DNA of 64,000 bases, from assembly GCF_009914755.1 (NCBI RefSeq), contig NC_060927.1. The stretch is one strand, 5' to 3'. Origin of the DNA: the human T2T-CHM13v2.0 reference genome, Homo sapiens. This document shows, in pieces, positions 27,216-42,829 of this stretch. The position numbers and the translations under genes were made by a program. Each line of letters opens with the position of its first letter. Within the stretch, counting starts at the first letter, position 1. The notes under the pieces are model-generated. The model was given only the letters and a program-made list of their open reading frames with translations. It was not told the origin of the DNA and searched no databases.

Positions 27216-30052
27216 GCTCTATAAATAAAACTACCTGTGAGTTCACTTTTGAATTCTAATAAACATATCTTTCTTTGCTTAGAATTTTCTATTGAATTCT
27301 TTAAATAAGTTTTCTTCTCTTTTTTTTCTTTCCCATTCTCACTCAAATATTCAGAAATACAATGTTTTGTTTTTAATTTATTAGAACTTTTACTAGAGAC
27401 AAATGCAGTCTCATTCCATGGTTTGTTTAATGATTTTCATATTTGGACTGGGAGTAATTCTGAACTCCTGCAACATCTCCCTCTTACTCATTGTGCTTTA
27501 TTGGACATTTCTTTTTATATAGAGAAAGACAATTGAACATCACATCAGGGAACTCTGACCACAGATGAATACTAAACTGATCACTTGAAATAACTACCTC
27601 CTGTTGTGTCTTGTCTTTGGCATAGGACAGATTTTTTAAAAAAGTTAATTAATAAATTGATTCAGTGGTTAGTGAGAATTAATTTATTTTCTTATAAATT
27701 AATCAATTAATTCAGTGGTTGGTGAAATTGTATGAACACCCTACTATCATGCCCAGTTTTCACCATGCGGTATGCATTTATCAGAAGTGGATACTGATTT
27801 TATAGCTTTTATCTAACAAAAGAAGCTTTCATTTATAATACAACCATCAGGATGTTGTAGGCAGTAGTTTCTGATTTTTTCAGAACAGAAGAAATTTCTC
27901 TTCTGTATATGAAAAGTTTCCCTCTTCTTTTTGTTTTTAGCCTTTTAATATTTTGTATATCCCATGTTAGCTGATATACTAAGATTTAGTACATGTAATG
28001 AATCGCATTAACACGCAGTGTACAACTCACAGCAAGATATAAAATGAAGTTCGAGGGCACATTGTGTTTGTTGAGGTTTTGATGACAACATTTTCATATC
28101 CATTAATAGCATTTTGTGACATCAGGGCATAATTGTATGCAAAATAAATCTTTATGGAAGTCAAAACTGAAAACAACATGTCGCAATTTCTAATGGCTCA
28201 CTGCTATTACCCATTTGTTTCTTAAGAAAAAACATCAATTTCAATAAAATATCAAAGCCCTTAAAGCAACTCTTTTCTACTTATTTCTTCATATTTAATA
28301 AATTACCACAAGTCACTGCCTGAAGTGATAAGATTTCTCTGTAGCCAGATTACTTTCATTTTCAACTATAGATTGCTCATTTTTTTTTTCTTTTGGCCAA
28401 ATAAGATTAGGCTAAATCAATCAGAGACCTCCATTAATAGACAAAACAATATATCTTCAGCTGCTGAATTATTTCTTGTATAATGTCATTTGTGGAAGGT
28501 ATTGTGAGTCCCTTGTTCCCAAGTTTGTTTTCTATAGCATTAGAATAGCTGGATTCTGACCATTACATCTAATTAATATGTAGGCCAAATTTCATTTATT
28601 AACTTAAAAACATGCATCCCATGTTCAAGTTTTGTTGGCAAGCTTTTTAATTATCTGTTTTTTAAATGATAAGTTGACTTGCGAGATTCAAAGACGATTA
28701 TTACTTTTTATTTTCTAGCTTCATAAGAAGTCATTTTGTACATAATTTTAAGCCTACTAGTAGCTCCTCAATTAAAAATCATGATGTTCCTTTGAATAAT
28801 ACAATCATTTTATTCAACTTTTACTCTAAGTACCATCAATTTAAAATTCCCTAAGAATATTTTGTTCATGACTTTCTTAAGGTTTTTACTTCTAAAATAA
28901 GGGCTACAGGAGACAAATTATATTTTATATATTTGAATCTGCATGTCTTTCAATAGGACAAATATATGGTTAGAAAAATGAAGCAGATATAAAAAATAAT
29001 ACTTCTCCCTTGAAGATATCAACATTCCTTTGTTTGATACCTGATGTAATAGAAATCCAGAGAATTTTCTTAGATTATATGTGAAAGCAAACCAATTAAA
29101 ACACTTTGACTTCCCAAATAAAAACAAAAATCTCTGCAATTTATGATAAAAATTTCAGTAATTAAGGCCACTAAAATTTGTGCTCCATTTGAAATTATCT
29201 CAAATAGGTAAAATATATGTGGTTTCCTTCTGTATTTTCATACTTCATGCTTAAAAACCTGGGGATTTATATTATGAAAGTGTTCTTACAAGTACATCTG
29301 TTGTGATGTGACTATCCTTATATACTGGAATACATGTAAACCTTTGTAATATTTACAATTTACAACTTTTAAAACAATGTAATGAATCAAAATGATATTT
29401 TAAATTAATTTGTTGCATTTCTACTTCAAAAGTTTTAGACTGAATGAATATGACTTTGCAGCTTTATTTACGTGAAGTTAATGGCAGTCTAATTCTGATA
29501 TCCCACACCACTGTCAAATGTTATTTAGGATAACATTATTTGCTTTTAATCCAAAGCCCTCATGAACTTTTAGTCTTGAGCAGGTACCACTGGGGAAAAT
29601 GATAAGCAAAAATAAGGTCAAAACCATAAAATAAAAGCAAACCTAAATAAACTTATCGTACAAATTTTATAATATCAGATAATACTCTTAGTACTAAAAT
29701 ATAAAATTCAGACAAGCTGAATGTCGGTGTGTCATAAACTATGCTATTTCATAAGATGAATAGCTTTAAAGTAACATGAACATTTTAAAAAGTAAATATA
29801 TTAGATATATAGTAAATAAGAGGTGTTTACATGTGATATTTTACCCCAAAGTCTGCATGGTTGTATTTGTATAAAAATTAATTTTGTTATTAATCTTTTT
29901 AGAAATAAAGTCCATAAAGAGCTGAGGTATTAAATTACTAGTCTCAATCACCAAACTAATGTGAGTAGTATCTTTTAAGGAAGACAGAGAAGTTTAATAA
30001 GACACATTTAGCTTTAAATTCTTAATCACTATCTAGAAAAATAAAATAAAAT

Positions 30053-30290
30053 AAACTCCAAATGGGCAGGATTCTTCATTGAGTTTGTTCATTGGTGATA
30101 TTCATATGCCTTAAGCAGTCCAAGGACAAAGGGAATACCAAAAAGACATTTGTTGAATGACTGCACCTGTGTCTTTTGGCATGTTAATTGATTTTTCTGT
30201 GTATTAGAGTTAAGTAATGCCACCCAACTCACTGAGCTGTTGTAAGAATTAAGACACTACAGAAAATGCAGTTAGTGCCACTCTCTTAGC
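30053..30290 (+). mobile_element. L2 3' remnant followed by MIR remnant
   Basis: AAACTCCAAATGGGCAGG...TTTGTTCA...ATTTGTTGAATGA, then GCTGTTGTAAGAATTAA. Confidence 0.45.
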
Positions 30291-30864
30291 TGGGTTTGAA
30301 AACACTTGAGACATTAGTTCCAGATATGCATTTTAATAAAATATTCTTGCTCTTATTTAAAGTCTTCATGAAAAACAAATCTAGGCTCCAGGTTATGCTA
30401 GAATAAGGTAACACTTTTAGGCAGGTTTTTTACTGTTAACCTTCAAGTTATAAAAGAAAATACCTCTTTACCTTTAAAAGGAGACGGATCCTAGTGTAAT
30501 TCATGAATATTAATAACTATGTGATGCAAACTGTTAAGTTCTTTACCAACATTAACTCTTTTAATACTTATTCTTTTAGAATATTTAATACCCACATTAA
30601 AAATGTAAAAACGAAAAAAGTAAAATTAATGTTGAGAATATGTGTTTTTAAACCAGTAAATCCAAGTTATTACTCTAACATTTAATCAATATAAGAATCA
30701 TGATTGAGAAGTTTTACGTTATTTTTGTACTTAGTTTTTGAAAGTTGATGTGTTCTTTATACATAAAGCACATCTTAATTAAGATGTTAAATTTTCATAG
30801 AGATATAATTGATCTGCCTTTAGATTTTATAAAGTTTAGTTGAAAAAATGGATTCATATAGTCA

Positions 30865-31015
30865 AGGTGTTCCAAATATATGCTTTCTAATAACTGAATA
30901 GAATATTAGTTTTAATTTTACATAAAATTACTTAAGGTAAATACAATCCCATTGTATTGTTGCAAGTGCTTAATTGCTGCATGGGGCTAGTGGCTACCAT
31001 ACTGCAAAGTACAGA
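30865..31015. mobile_element. MER3/MER33-like hAT DNA transposon remnant
   Basis: CAAGTGCTTAATTGCTGCATGGGGCTAGTGGCTACCATACTG...CAG terminal motif. Confidence 0.5.
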
Positions 31016-31355
31016 AGTATGATAACAAGACTGACAAACAGGATTTTAAAAATACATATAATGAATGAATTAATGAATATATGACCTTTTAAAGTATGTC
31101 TTTCATTTAATAGAACTAGAATTTCCCCACTCTTGTGTCCTTTTATATCAGCTATTTATACCAATGTTTTCTAAAGAATCACAATTTTACCTCATCTGTT
31201 TGTCAGCCTAAAGCTCTCAGTCTTCACCAAAGTATGCATAGGAAAATAACTTGATTGATAATGATTGTATATCTGACTCTGTCTCCAAGTTAACTCATAT
31301 TTCTTTAATAGATGGAAACATTTTCCATGTTCATATGTACATGCACAATGTGCAG

Positions 31356-31357
<2 letters not shown>

Positions 31358-31392
<35 letters not shown>
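31358..31392 (+). repeat. (TG)n microsatellite
   Basis: Direct inspection. Confidence 0.95.
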
Positions 31393-31394
<2 letters not shown>

Positions 31395-31802
31395 CGGGAA
31401 GTGCTTATTAGCACTTCAAAGAGTAAAAGCTAAAACTGGTGGACTATTACAAGGGTTTTAAGTTATAGAATTAACATGTTCCACAAGAAAACATACATTC
31501 AGGTTTGAATAAAAGTCTTTTTTCATATAGAGGGTTATCTATCTGCAATAATTTAACAGCAAATGCTATTGTGATTTATGAACATGGAAAAGTGTGGACA
31601 TTTTTTAAACTGTCAAAAATTAAAATAATGAGAGTTAATATAGAAGGCAAAACTAATTCACATTAATTATTTTAGACTGTGTCCTTATTGATTATTGTAC
31701 TCACAGTATTTTTGCATCAAGCACTCAATGTAATGGTGTCTACTTTGACATCTAGCCAAGTTTAATCTCATTCTTCATGTCTTTGCCTTAGCATCCTAAA
31801 GA

Positions 31803-31870
31803 TGTAATTCATTTGTTCTATGTTAGCATTATAAATTTGTAATTCATTTGTTCTATGTTAGCATTATAAA
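31803..31870 (+). repeat. Perfect 33-bp direct repeat separated by TT
   Basis: TGTAATTCATTTGTTCTATGTTAGCATTATAAA at 31803-31835 and 31838-31870. Confidence 0.9.
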
Positions 31871-32702
31871 AAAGATGATAAATTTTAAAATTAGAATATA
31901 TGGTTGCCTTTGATGGACAAGTGAAGATTGAAATTATAAGATGTCCTCTTTATAATTTAGCAAATGTGTTCAAACATTGCCATTTTTATTTGCTGTGAAA
32001 CCAAGAACAATCTCTCAACTACAAATTGATTCTGCCTGGTCACTCAGCTGGTGGAGCACTGGTAATTTACAGAGAGATGATTGTACATTTACTTACAAAT
32101 TTCCTCATTCTTAGGCAAGTGAGGATTCCAAAGGCAATACAACTACTCACCATTCTGTGTACACTCTGACATTTCTAAAATAACTCAAAATGGAATTCTT
32201 GTCTCTGGAGTTACTGGCTTCAGTAGGATCCAGTGATATACCTTTCACTTTCTATAAAAGTCTAAGTGAGATTTTAAAGATCAATGTAATAACCCCTAAG
32301 CAGAACAAAAGGAGAGCTAAAACTGTTATTTTAACAAAAGGTGCAATAATAAAAATGCTTATTTTAAAAATTATAATGGGTTGACAACAACTGTGATTAA
32401 TTTGAATGCTTGAAATATACCATAACCTTTGCTTACATTTTTAACCCCTTTTTGAACATAATAAAGAATCTTGTTTGGATTTCAAAAAAAAAAAAATCAA
32501 CCAAAACGGAACACACCTTATAATTATAATCCACGCTCTTTTCTTTGGAAACTAAGATTTTTGCAATAAGGATAATATTTTCATTCAGTCTCCAACATAG
32601 GTAAGTAATAAATATTCTCTAAGAATGAAAAAATTAAATAGGGTTGGATTGAGTTGAGCTTAATGGAATGGATACTTTATGACTATAAAACTTCCTTATT
32701 TT

Positions 32703-33037
<335 letters not shown>

Positions 33038-33049
33038 TTAAACATAAAA

Positions 33050-34700
33050 AGTAAAAGATAATTTATTAAAATCTTTAATAAATATATGAAATATGTATTT
33101 TTAACCTGAAAATCTCTCCAAATCAATTAAAAAACCCTCCTGTGGAAAAAAAGACAAAGAATGGCAAAGATAATTTATGAATTATGTACAAACAAAATAT
33201 TTTCATTCTCATAATAACCAAAAGAAAAAAATAAAAAATAAACAATAATTTTTTAAATTTTAAAATATCCATTTGTTCTTTTGCCTTTGGGTAAAGGCAA
33301 CTTCAGATTTGTTTCTTATCTCTATAGATTAAGGTGGCTTTGTATAATTTTACTAAAATGGTACCATACAGAATATTTAATTTGGTGTCTGGCTTATTTT
33401 ACTCAGCATAATAATCTTGAGATTGATCAATGCTATTAATTCATTTTATTTTTATAATTATATACTTTATTACATGTAAATATGTCATGCTAAACAATAC
33501 TTGATATGACAATATGCATATGCATATGTATATATTTACATGTTCTTTTGCTATTGATTATCATTCTCATTAGAGTTTCATCACAGTGGAGTTAGTCAGA
33601 AATTTTGTCAATGCCATTAACTGTTTTAATCCAATGGCTAACATAATGTTTGGCACATAATAGGCAATAAGTAACTGTTAAAAGTTTCTTCAGTGCATTT
33701 ACTTATAAAACTTTGTATCCATATCGAATTATTTTCTTAGAAGAAATTTCAAAATATGAAATTATATACTTCAAAATTACAGACTTCAAAAGGCAGGACC
33801 AACTCTCCATTAACAGGTGAATGGATACATAAAATGTGGTATACCCATATGTGGAAATCTTGCCTAATGTTTGGAGAAGTTTAAGTAAAAAAGTAACATG
33901 ACTTACAATTTTAAGATATGATTTTGCTTTGAAGAATTTGTATCAAGGATGTGTGTGAAAGATGATTGATTTATGTATCATCTATTTGCAGAAATATGCA
34001 ATCATATATATATGTGAAAAACACCATTAAAAGACAACATATTACCTATTATTATTCAGTTTATCAGAATGGTACAACAATAGATGGTGATTGTGTCTTT
34101 TTAAAAATTCTTTTTCACCCTTTTTTATGTTCTTTTAATTTTCTACAGTGAAAATCAGTCTCTTTTATAATAGGAAAATGCAGGCCATTTAAAATTGTTT
34201 ACTCAAATATATAGTTGTACTTATATTTATTTCCTAGGAAATTGAAAGTGTGACTGATAATTATTTGAGTTTTGTTGGGACTAAAGCATCTGGACAGGCT
34301 ATCCACAAGATAAGGAATATAAATGGCCAATAAAGAAGAAAACTGTTCAGCCTTTCTAATAATCTAAGTAGTACAAAATTAGATTAAATAAGAGTGAGCT
34401 ACCACTTAAACCCACTGAATTGTTAAAAATAAAATGAATGTAATTCTTTTGTTGTGTGATTACTATTTCTGTGACTTAAAAAATATTCATAATTATTATG
34501 CTTATTAGACTGTGGTCAGAAAACCAAAGAAATTGATTTCTTGTAATGTTTATAATACATTGTTTAGTATACAGAAAAAGCAAACACAATGTGTCTATGT
34601 GTAAAAACTAATAGTGGCAATCTCTGTTGGATGAGAGTACTGATAATTTCATTTCTCATGCATGCTTTTATTTTTTTTGCCAAGTTTTTAAAAACATATG
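33050..34700. mobile_element. Highly decayed L1ME-type fragments in mixed orientation
   Basis: e.g. TGTCTGGCTTATTTTACTCAGCATAATAATCTTGAGATTGATC (-) and CAGGTGAATGGATACATAAAATGTGGTATACCCATA (+). Confidence 0.45.
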
Positions 34701-35342
34701 CTGTTCAGAAGTGAAGAAAAAAATCTTATAAATTATTTTAATATATTTAAATGCTGCCTTTTTGCATTGTATTCATAAAAGCCCATTCAATATATTGTTT
34801 TAAGACTATTGCCATTTTGTTTCCTGGCTTCAGTATCACCTAACACTGATTCTGTCTCAGACTATTTTCTATCATGTAGCAATATTTTTCCAGTTCATAG
34901 ACATCCTAAAGTCTACTTGTAAAATATTTCCTCTATTTTCTGATCTAAATACAAGAAGCTCTTCTATTCTATGATTTTCTGCAAGTTGCTTATGCTTTAT
35001 GAATATCATTTCTCTTATCTATAAAATGGAAAAAATAGCACTATGAATGCAGTAGACTGAATGCAAAAACTTCATTTTAATTATAGCTATCATTAATTGA
35101 GTATGTATTACATGTCTAGAATGAAACTAATTGCTTTACAAGGTTTATTTTATTAAATTTTAATTACAAATATAAAAGACTTGCTGAAATTCAGCTTCTT
35201 CTATTGCTGAAAAATAACTTTAACTAGTCATTCAAAAGTGTTACGAGCCCTAATAAACATTCAGTTTTTACTAACTCTTAGTTTCCCTGAGCGTCCAGTG
35301 TTGCCTAACATTATAAATATTTCACTTATGTCCTCTAGTGAT

Positions 35343-35763
35343 TGTGATGATTAATTTTATATGTCAATTTGGCTTGACAATGTTGCTTAGGTTTTTGGTT
35401 AGACATTAGTCTAAATATTGATGTAAAGGTATTTTGTAAATGTAATTAACATTTACAGTTATTTGACTTTATGCAAAGCAGATTATCCTCCATAATGTGG
35501 TTAGGCCTCATTCAATCAGTTTAAGCTCTTCAGGGCAAAAGTCTTGAGTGTCTCAAGCATGTAAGATAGAAATTCTGTCTGAATTTCCAGCCTGTTTTCT
35601 GCCTCACCAATTTTTGAGTTGCCAGCATACACAATTTTGTGAGCCAATTTCTGAAAATCAATCAATCTCAATTTCTCTCTCCCTCACTCTCTCTCTCTCT
35701 CTCCCTCTTTCTGTCCTCTCCTCCCTCTCAGTTGGTTCTCTTTCTCTACAGAAAGCTGATACA
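35343..35763 (+). mobile_element. MLT2 (MLT2D-like, ERVL) solo LTR with internal (CT)n
   Basis: TGTGATGATTAATTTTATATGTCAA...AAAGCAGATTATCCTCCATAATGTGG...GTGAGCCAATTTC...GTTGGTTCTCTTTCTCT. Confidence 0.85.
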
Positions 35764-38549
35764 GTCATCATATAAGGATACTTTATACAGAAAACTTCAT
35801 ATACAAAAGAATAGTAATATTAACTCTAGTCAAACAGCTGACCAAACTTTGCTTGATAGGCAAATAACACAAATAGAATCAATATTATGCTAAAAGAAAA
35901 AGACAAACAAAAAATATGAGGGTTCTCTATTTCTGACATAAAATGAATGCTTGCAAACTTCATACTATATCAGCTACTTCACATGGATTAATAAAGTTAC
36001 ATAATGTAATGAGCTCTTGGTGTTTTCTTCATTCTTTGCTCTGCAATTTCAGGGAAATCAATGGAAAGTATACTCACTCTATGGCTTTTAAATGTGAATC
36101 TTCATTTCTGAAACATATTCTTCCCCCCTGTAAAATGAAGGAGGTTGCACTAGAAGGCTACTAGGACCCTAAATCTACTTTCTGGTAACTACATTTATGC
36201 TCATAGTGAAAAACAAAGAAATTGTTTTGTATTAATCCTTCATTCTGGTAATTAATATATATGAATGCTTGCTTTGTGGATGCCTGAAAAGAATATTTTC
36301 TTCCTCAGAAAAATAATTACTATAAAGGAAGTAATTAACTTTTTCTTTGAACTCAACCTGGAAACATTCAACAATCTTATAGAAAATATCCATTCAAACA
36401 TCTCACTCAAGATTTGTCTCTTTCTATTACAGTGAATTTCATTACTTTTATTGAAACCATGAGAGGTTATTTTAAAAATTTAAAAATTTCATTCATACTT
36501 ATTCAGCACCAGGAAAGATAAATTCAATAGTATTAGCCAGAATGAATTCTTTATTATATTTCTAATTGAGAATCAGATATCAATGCCATGTTTTTAGAAC
36601 TTTCAACTTTTTCCTTTTCCACTTTATTCTTTTAAACATCATTATTAAGCTTTTAATTACTAGATACAATATATAGAGATAAAGCTCCTCAAATATTAGT
36701 AATATAATCATAAAAATGATGATCCAATTATGACATCAAAGATTCACAGTGTTATCACAAATTACTATATGGCAAAATAGCACTTATGTTAAAAAAGCAA
36801 CATTATATTTTGAACTTGCTTTAATGATCATTATACTTAATAGCCTATCATCATTTCTTTATAAACTCAATAAGTGAGATGCATATAACTCATTTTAATC
36901 ATCTCATAGTTGAAACTCATTAAATTGGGTAAAAGCTATCTTCCAGATAAATGCAGAATCTTTTTTCTCTTCAGAAACATTGTTTAAAAATCGAACGATA
37001 TTTAATTTTTAAATTAAAATTTTAGAAGACCAAATAATTTCCTTATGATGCCTAAGTTATTTTCTAAAGATTTCAAAACACAAATAGAAAATATTTTTAA
37101 AACATAGCTTTTCCTGTTGTTTGCTAAATCATGTGAACTTGTTATAAAATGTGAATGAGAATGAGCTATGCTTTCCTAGAAAGATCCCTTATGCACAGCC
37201 TTGGTCTATATACAGATTACACAGGACATTGTTTAAGAAGGTATAGAATCATTGAAACTATGCATTACATTGTCAGCAAAATATAATAAAATAAACAAGC
37301 AATACTAACTGTTAGAAGTCATAGGAGAGCCTGTTGTTTGGGTAGAAGTGTCCTATTGAATTAAAGAGGAATATTTGAAAGATATAAAAATCCTGTTATT
37401 TGAAATAAAAATCTCTGTTAGGAAGAGCATATATTTCTTTTCACGGGCTCTATTGTATCAGATGAAATTATCTCTTGCTCCAGATCTTCAATTATACATT
37501 GAAGTCATGTTTAATAAGTTGTTATAAATTAATGCTTATGATTATTATAAATTATTCAATTTTAAGTGTTCTGAAGTAAATATTATAAAAATAAATAATA
37601 TGTATACAATGAAACTTGTATTTTCATACAAATTGCCAGACTTACCAAACCAACTGAAAAAGTTTCAACAATAATTTTTCTCCTATGTAAGATGTTTCCA
37701 TGTCACAAACACCTCAAGTCCTCTCTAGGTGACATCTATTTAATTCTGTATAGTTATATATCAATGCATCTGCAAGATTTAAAGCTGACATAGATTTCAA
37801 GAGACATATTTCATCTACTTAATATCAAGAATTAATAACATGGTGCAAAGCTTAGTATGATTTCATTAAATAAAAGCATGGTCAAATGTATTTTTTTCTA
37901 TAACTTTATCAACTACACCAATAGCAAGGACTTAATGGGAGCCATTAGCAGTCATGTCACTCTTTCCTTTAATTCATTTGCGCTTATAACCTGTCCTATT
38001 TGTAGTTATTTTGACTTATTTTCCTGACACTTGGGAAATAACTTTAGTTAGACCCAGGAACATTTCATAGATGACTTCATCTAAGTGAAGGCATCTTTAC
38101 TTTCAAAATTTACATTCTAGATTATAACTCTTCTTTGATTTATTCAATAAATTTTTCACATCTCTATTCTATCTCTGAAATATCTCCAATTTGTTTGTCT
38201 TTTTCGTCTTCACAATGCCACTGAAGTTCAGGCTCTTAGATTTCTGAATTAAACTTATAGGGTACATTTCTCATCAATTATCCTTTCTTGAGAATATTTG
38301 TTTATATTATTTGCCCGCCGAAATGAAAATTATCTTCACAACTTATACATGCGACTATTTACTCTCATCTAAAATAATTATTCAACAACTTTCAATTGCT
38401 GCATGAGAAAGTATAGAATTTAAGCTACACTTAAATTATCTTTCCAATTATGTTTCCCACCTAACTTTTGAAAATGCATTTTTTATCCCAGTATGTTTGG
38501 TTACAATATAATTTATAAAAGAAAATTGCATACATTCATCGAGTACAAC

Positions 38550-39270
<721 letters not shown>

Positions 39271-40599
39271 ACAACATTATGTTTGATATAAGTAAACATT
39301 GTGAAATGGTTAAATCAAGTTAATTAATATATTTATTATCTGAAACACTATTTTTTGCAGTGAGAGCATTTAAGATATATTCCTATAGCAATTTTCAAAT
39401 ACACAATACGTTACTGTTGACTATAGTCCACCATACTAAGTGACTAAGTACAACTTAGTTGTTCTATTTAGTTAAAACTGTACTTTTTGGGCAATATCTT
39501 CCCATTTTAGCATTCTGTAAGTTCCATATATTAGATTCCACATATAAGTGAGATCATGCAATATCTGTCAGTCTATGGCTGGTTTGTTTCACTTACCATA
39601 ATGTACTACAGTTTTATCCATGTTGTTGCAAATGCCAGGATTCCCTTTCTTTAAGACTGAATAATATTCCAGACTGACCAATCCAACTGAAAAGTTTCTT
39701 TTTCTTCAAGGCACATATTTTATGTATGTGTGAATGGAATCAAGTGGCTGGTGGATGAATAAAGAAAATACAGCGTGTGTACACACACACACACACACAC
39801 CCCATTCATCAACAGATACTTAAGTTGATTCCATATCTTGGCTGTTATGGGTAATGCTGCAACGAACATGGGAGTGCAGATACCTCTTCAACATACAGAT
39901 TTCAATTTCTGATATAGATATATCAGATATAGGTATATACATATATCCCTTAAGATATATATCCAGTAGTGAGATTGCTGGATTATGTGGTAGTTCTATT
40001 TTTAATTTTTTGAGAAACATCCATACTGTTTTTTTTTAAATAATAGCTCTACTATTTTACATTTTCCCCAACAGTGTACAAAGGTTGTCTTTTCTGTATA
40101 TCCGCACTAATATTTATATATTTTTTGATAATAGCTATTCTAACTCCTGTGAGGTGATATCTCGTGGTTGTAACATATACTTTCCTGATGATTAATGTTG
40201 AGCATTTCTTCGTAAAACTATTGGCCATGTTTATGTCTTCTTCTGAGAAATATCTATTCAGATCTTTTGCTTATTTTTGAATCAGGTTATTTGCTCTCTT
40301 GCTATTGAGCTGGTGCCTTATATATTTTGGATATTAATCCCTTATCAGATAAATGTTTTGCAAATTAGGCACTTTAGCTCCCCCACGCGTTTTCTCATAT
40401 TTCGTCCTGTATCTAAAGCTCATAGCGTGTGACTCTAGTTTCAGTAATCTTATGTTTGTGGAGCCCTCTGTCTGAGATATGGACAAGGTAAGAATAACAG
40501 TATCAAATAAATTACTTTTTTTGGCCCTGTTTTAAATTTTTATTTGTTTAATGTTTGTTCTTAATTATTTAATTTTTTTCTTATTTAAATGTTATAATT

Positions 40600-40990
40600 T
40601 ATTTTGGCTAATGGTTTAACAAACTCCTCCTGTGTTCTTCATGGGATCACCTAACACCTCTTGTAGTTAGGTATGGCCATGTGACTGAATTCTGGCCATG
40701 GGAATGTGGGCAAAAGTAAGAACGGAAAACTTTCAGCCTAACCTATACAATCGGATATACAATACTTCACATTCACTATTCCCTCATTTCTCTGCCTGGC
40801 TAGATGTGGAGTGCCGGTAAGGAAGCTCCAAGGTCCTAGGCAATGGCAGCCTCAGAACAACTAAGAATTCAATGATTGCGTAGAAGAAAGTCTGCTAATA
40901 AATAGTACAAACCTAGTATAACATATACATGTTTACTGCATTAAGGTACTGAGATTTTTATTATTCCAGCTGGCCTGTCCTGAACCATAA
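40600..40990 (+). mobile_element. Old MLT1 (H-J-like) LTR remnant
   Basis: TGTAGTTAGGTATGGCCATGTGACTGAATTCTGGCCATGGGAATGTGGGCAAAAG...TTAAGGTACTGAGATTT. Confidence 0.6.
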
Positions 40991-41113
40991 AAATCTCCAG
41001 GACTATTTAAAGTGCGTTACACACATATTTCATTATCCTTCTATATGAACTCGTGAATATTGTTGAAATAAACTCAAGTAAAAATGTAATATAAGAACTA
41101 TTTTCTGTTTTAG

Positions 41114-41460
<347 letters not shown>

Positions 41461-42079
41461 ACCATACCTAAATAATTTTAGGCTAACTGACATTTGCCTA
41501 TAACCCTAAGTATGCTTTTATTCTAAGCAAACTTTCATCATATTTATTACATACTTACGAAATGAACTTTCAAATCATATATTAATTTTATCCTTTTACT
41601 TGAATTATATAATACCATTTAAATTAGAAAGGATTTATAGCCAGGGAGATCTGAGTAGAGATTTGATCTCACAACATTCTATTTTAACTTTATTGTGCCT
41701 CAAACTCATAAATTTTAAAATTATTACTTCAGTAACTATGTATTTTATTAAGATTATTAGTACATGAAATAAGATATATAAAAAATGATCACTATTATTA
41801 TAACTAGTAACCAATTTGTGGCAACTCTCTTAACTTTAAGTACCTAACCTACTTGACTGTCCCCAGCTGAGTTAGTGAACATGTGACGTTCATCACTATA
41901 GCTTTGATGTAATAATAAACACTCTCGTTTTATTATAAACATAGTAAAAATTTAATAATACAATAGATGTGTTATTACATGTGAACTGTTAATAAACACT
42001 GTATTTATCACTTTTGCACTGAGCTAAAAGTAGGAGAAGTCATTAAATACTACATTTATTAATTTAAAAAATAATCTCA

Positions 42080-42270
42080 TTTCAAAATATGGCTTTACCA
42101 CCTACGAGCTATTTAGTTCAGGAATTTTGTGACTCTTAAATTTCCTCATCTAACAATATTTATATCAATACTTATATTCAGGGTTAACTTTCAGATTACA
42201 TAAAATATTTTATTATGAGTTCATAATGTTCTGCCCAGTACGTACTAAGCACTCAGCAAATGTTGGTTCC
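42080..42270 (+). mobile_element. MIR fragment
   Basis: TTTCCTCATCT...CAGGGTT...GATTA...TAAGCACTCAGCAAATGTTGG. Confidence 0.5.
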
Positions 42271-42829
42271 CTCCTCATTTTCCTTACTGCTGTCTTTGAC
42301 TCAACTTTCCCGATAGTGTTCATTTCTTTCCATTCTTCACCTCATTCTTACCTAACATAAATTTACATTATCCAAATACCACAATTCCAATGAATGTAAC
42401 AGAAGAAAAAAAATTTACAGACATTTATTCAAAAAGATAGGTTTAAGTCCTAATAACAAATTAATGTATTGTATGTTGGACCTTTCATGTTAGTGCATGG
42501 GAGTTTCTACTATTTACCAGAAAAAATCGTCTTTAATGCCATGCTATGTTTAAATTCCATAATAGCAATGGAAAAAATATATAGTACTTCCTATGTGCAA
42601 GGCATTTTTCTAAGTGTCTTTTATATATTAATCTATTCAGTTAACCATCCTAAATCCTGTGAAATTAGTAAGGGGATCTCAGTTTCTCTGAAAAGCAAGT
42701 CTGAATTTGTGTTTTCAACAGCCTGGGTTTTTTGTTTGTTTGTTTCTTTTTTTTGTTTTGATTGATTGTCCGCTAGCATACTAGTTAACCATTCTAACCA
42801 TGTAAAGTAAAATAATGGCAGGAAATGTT

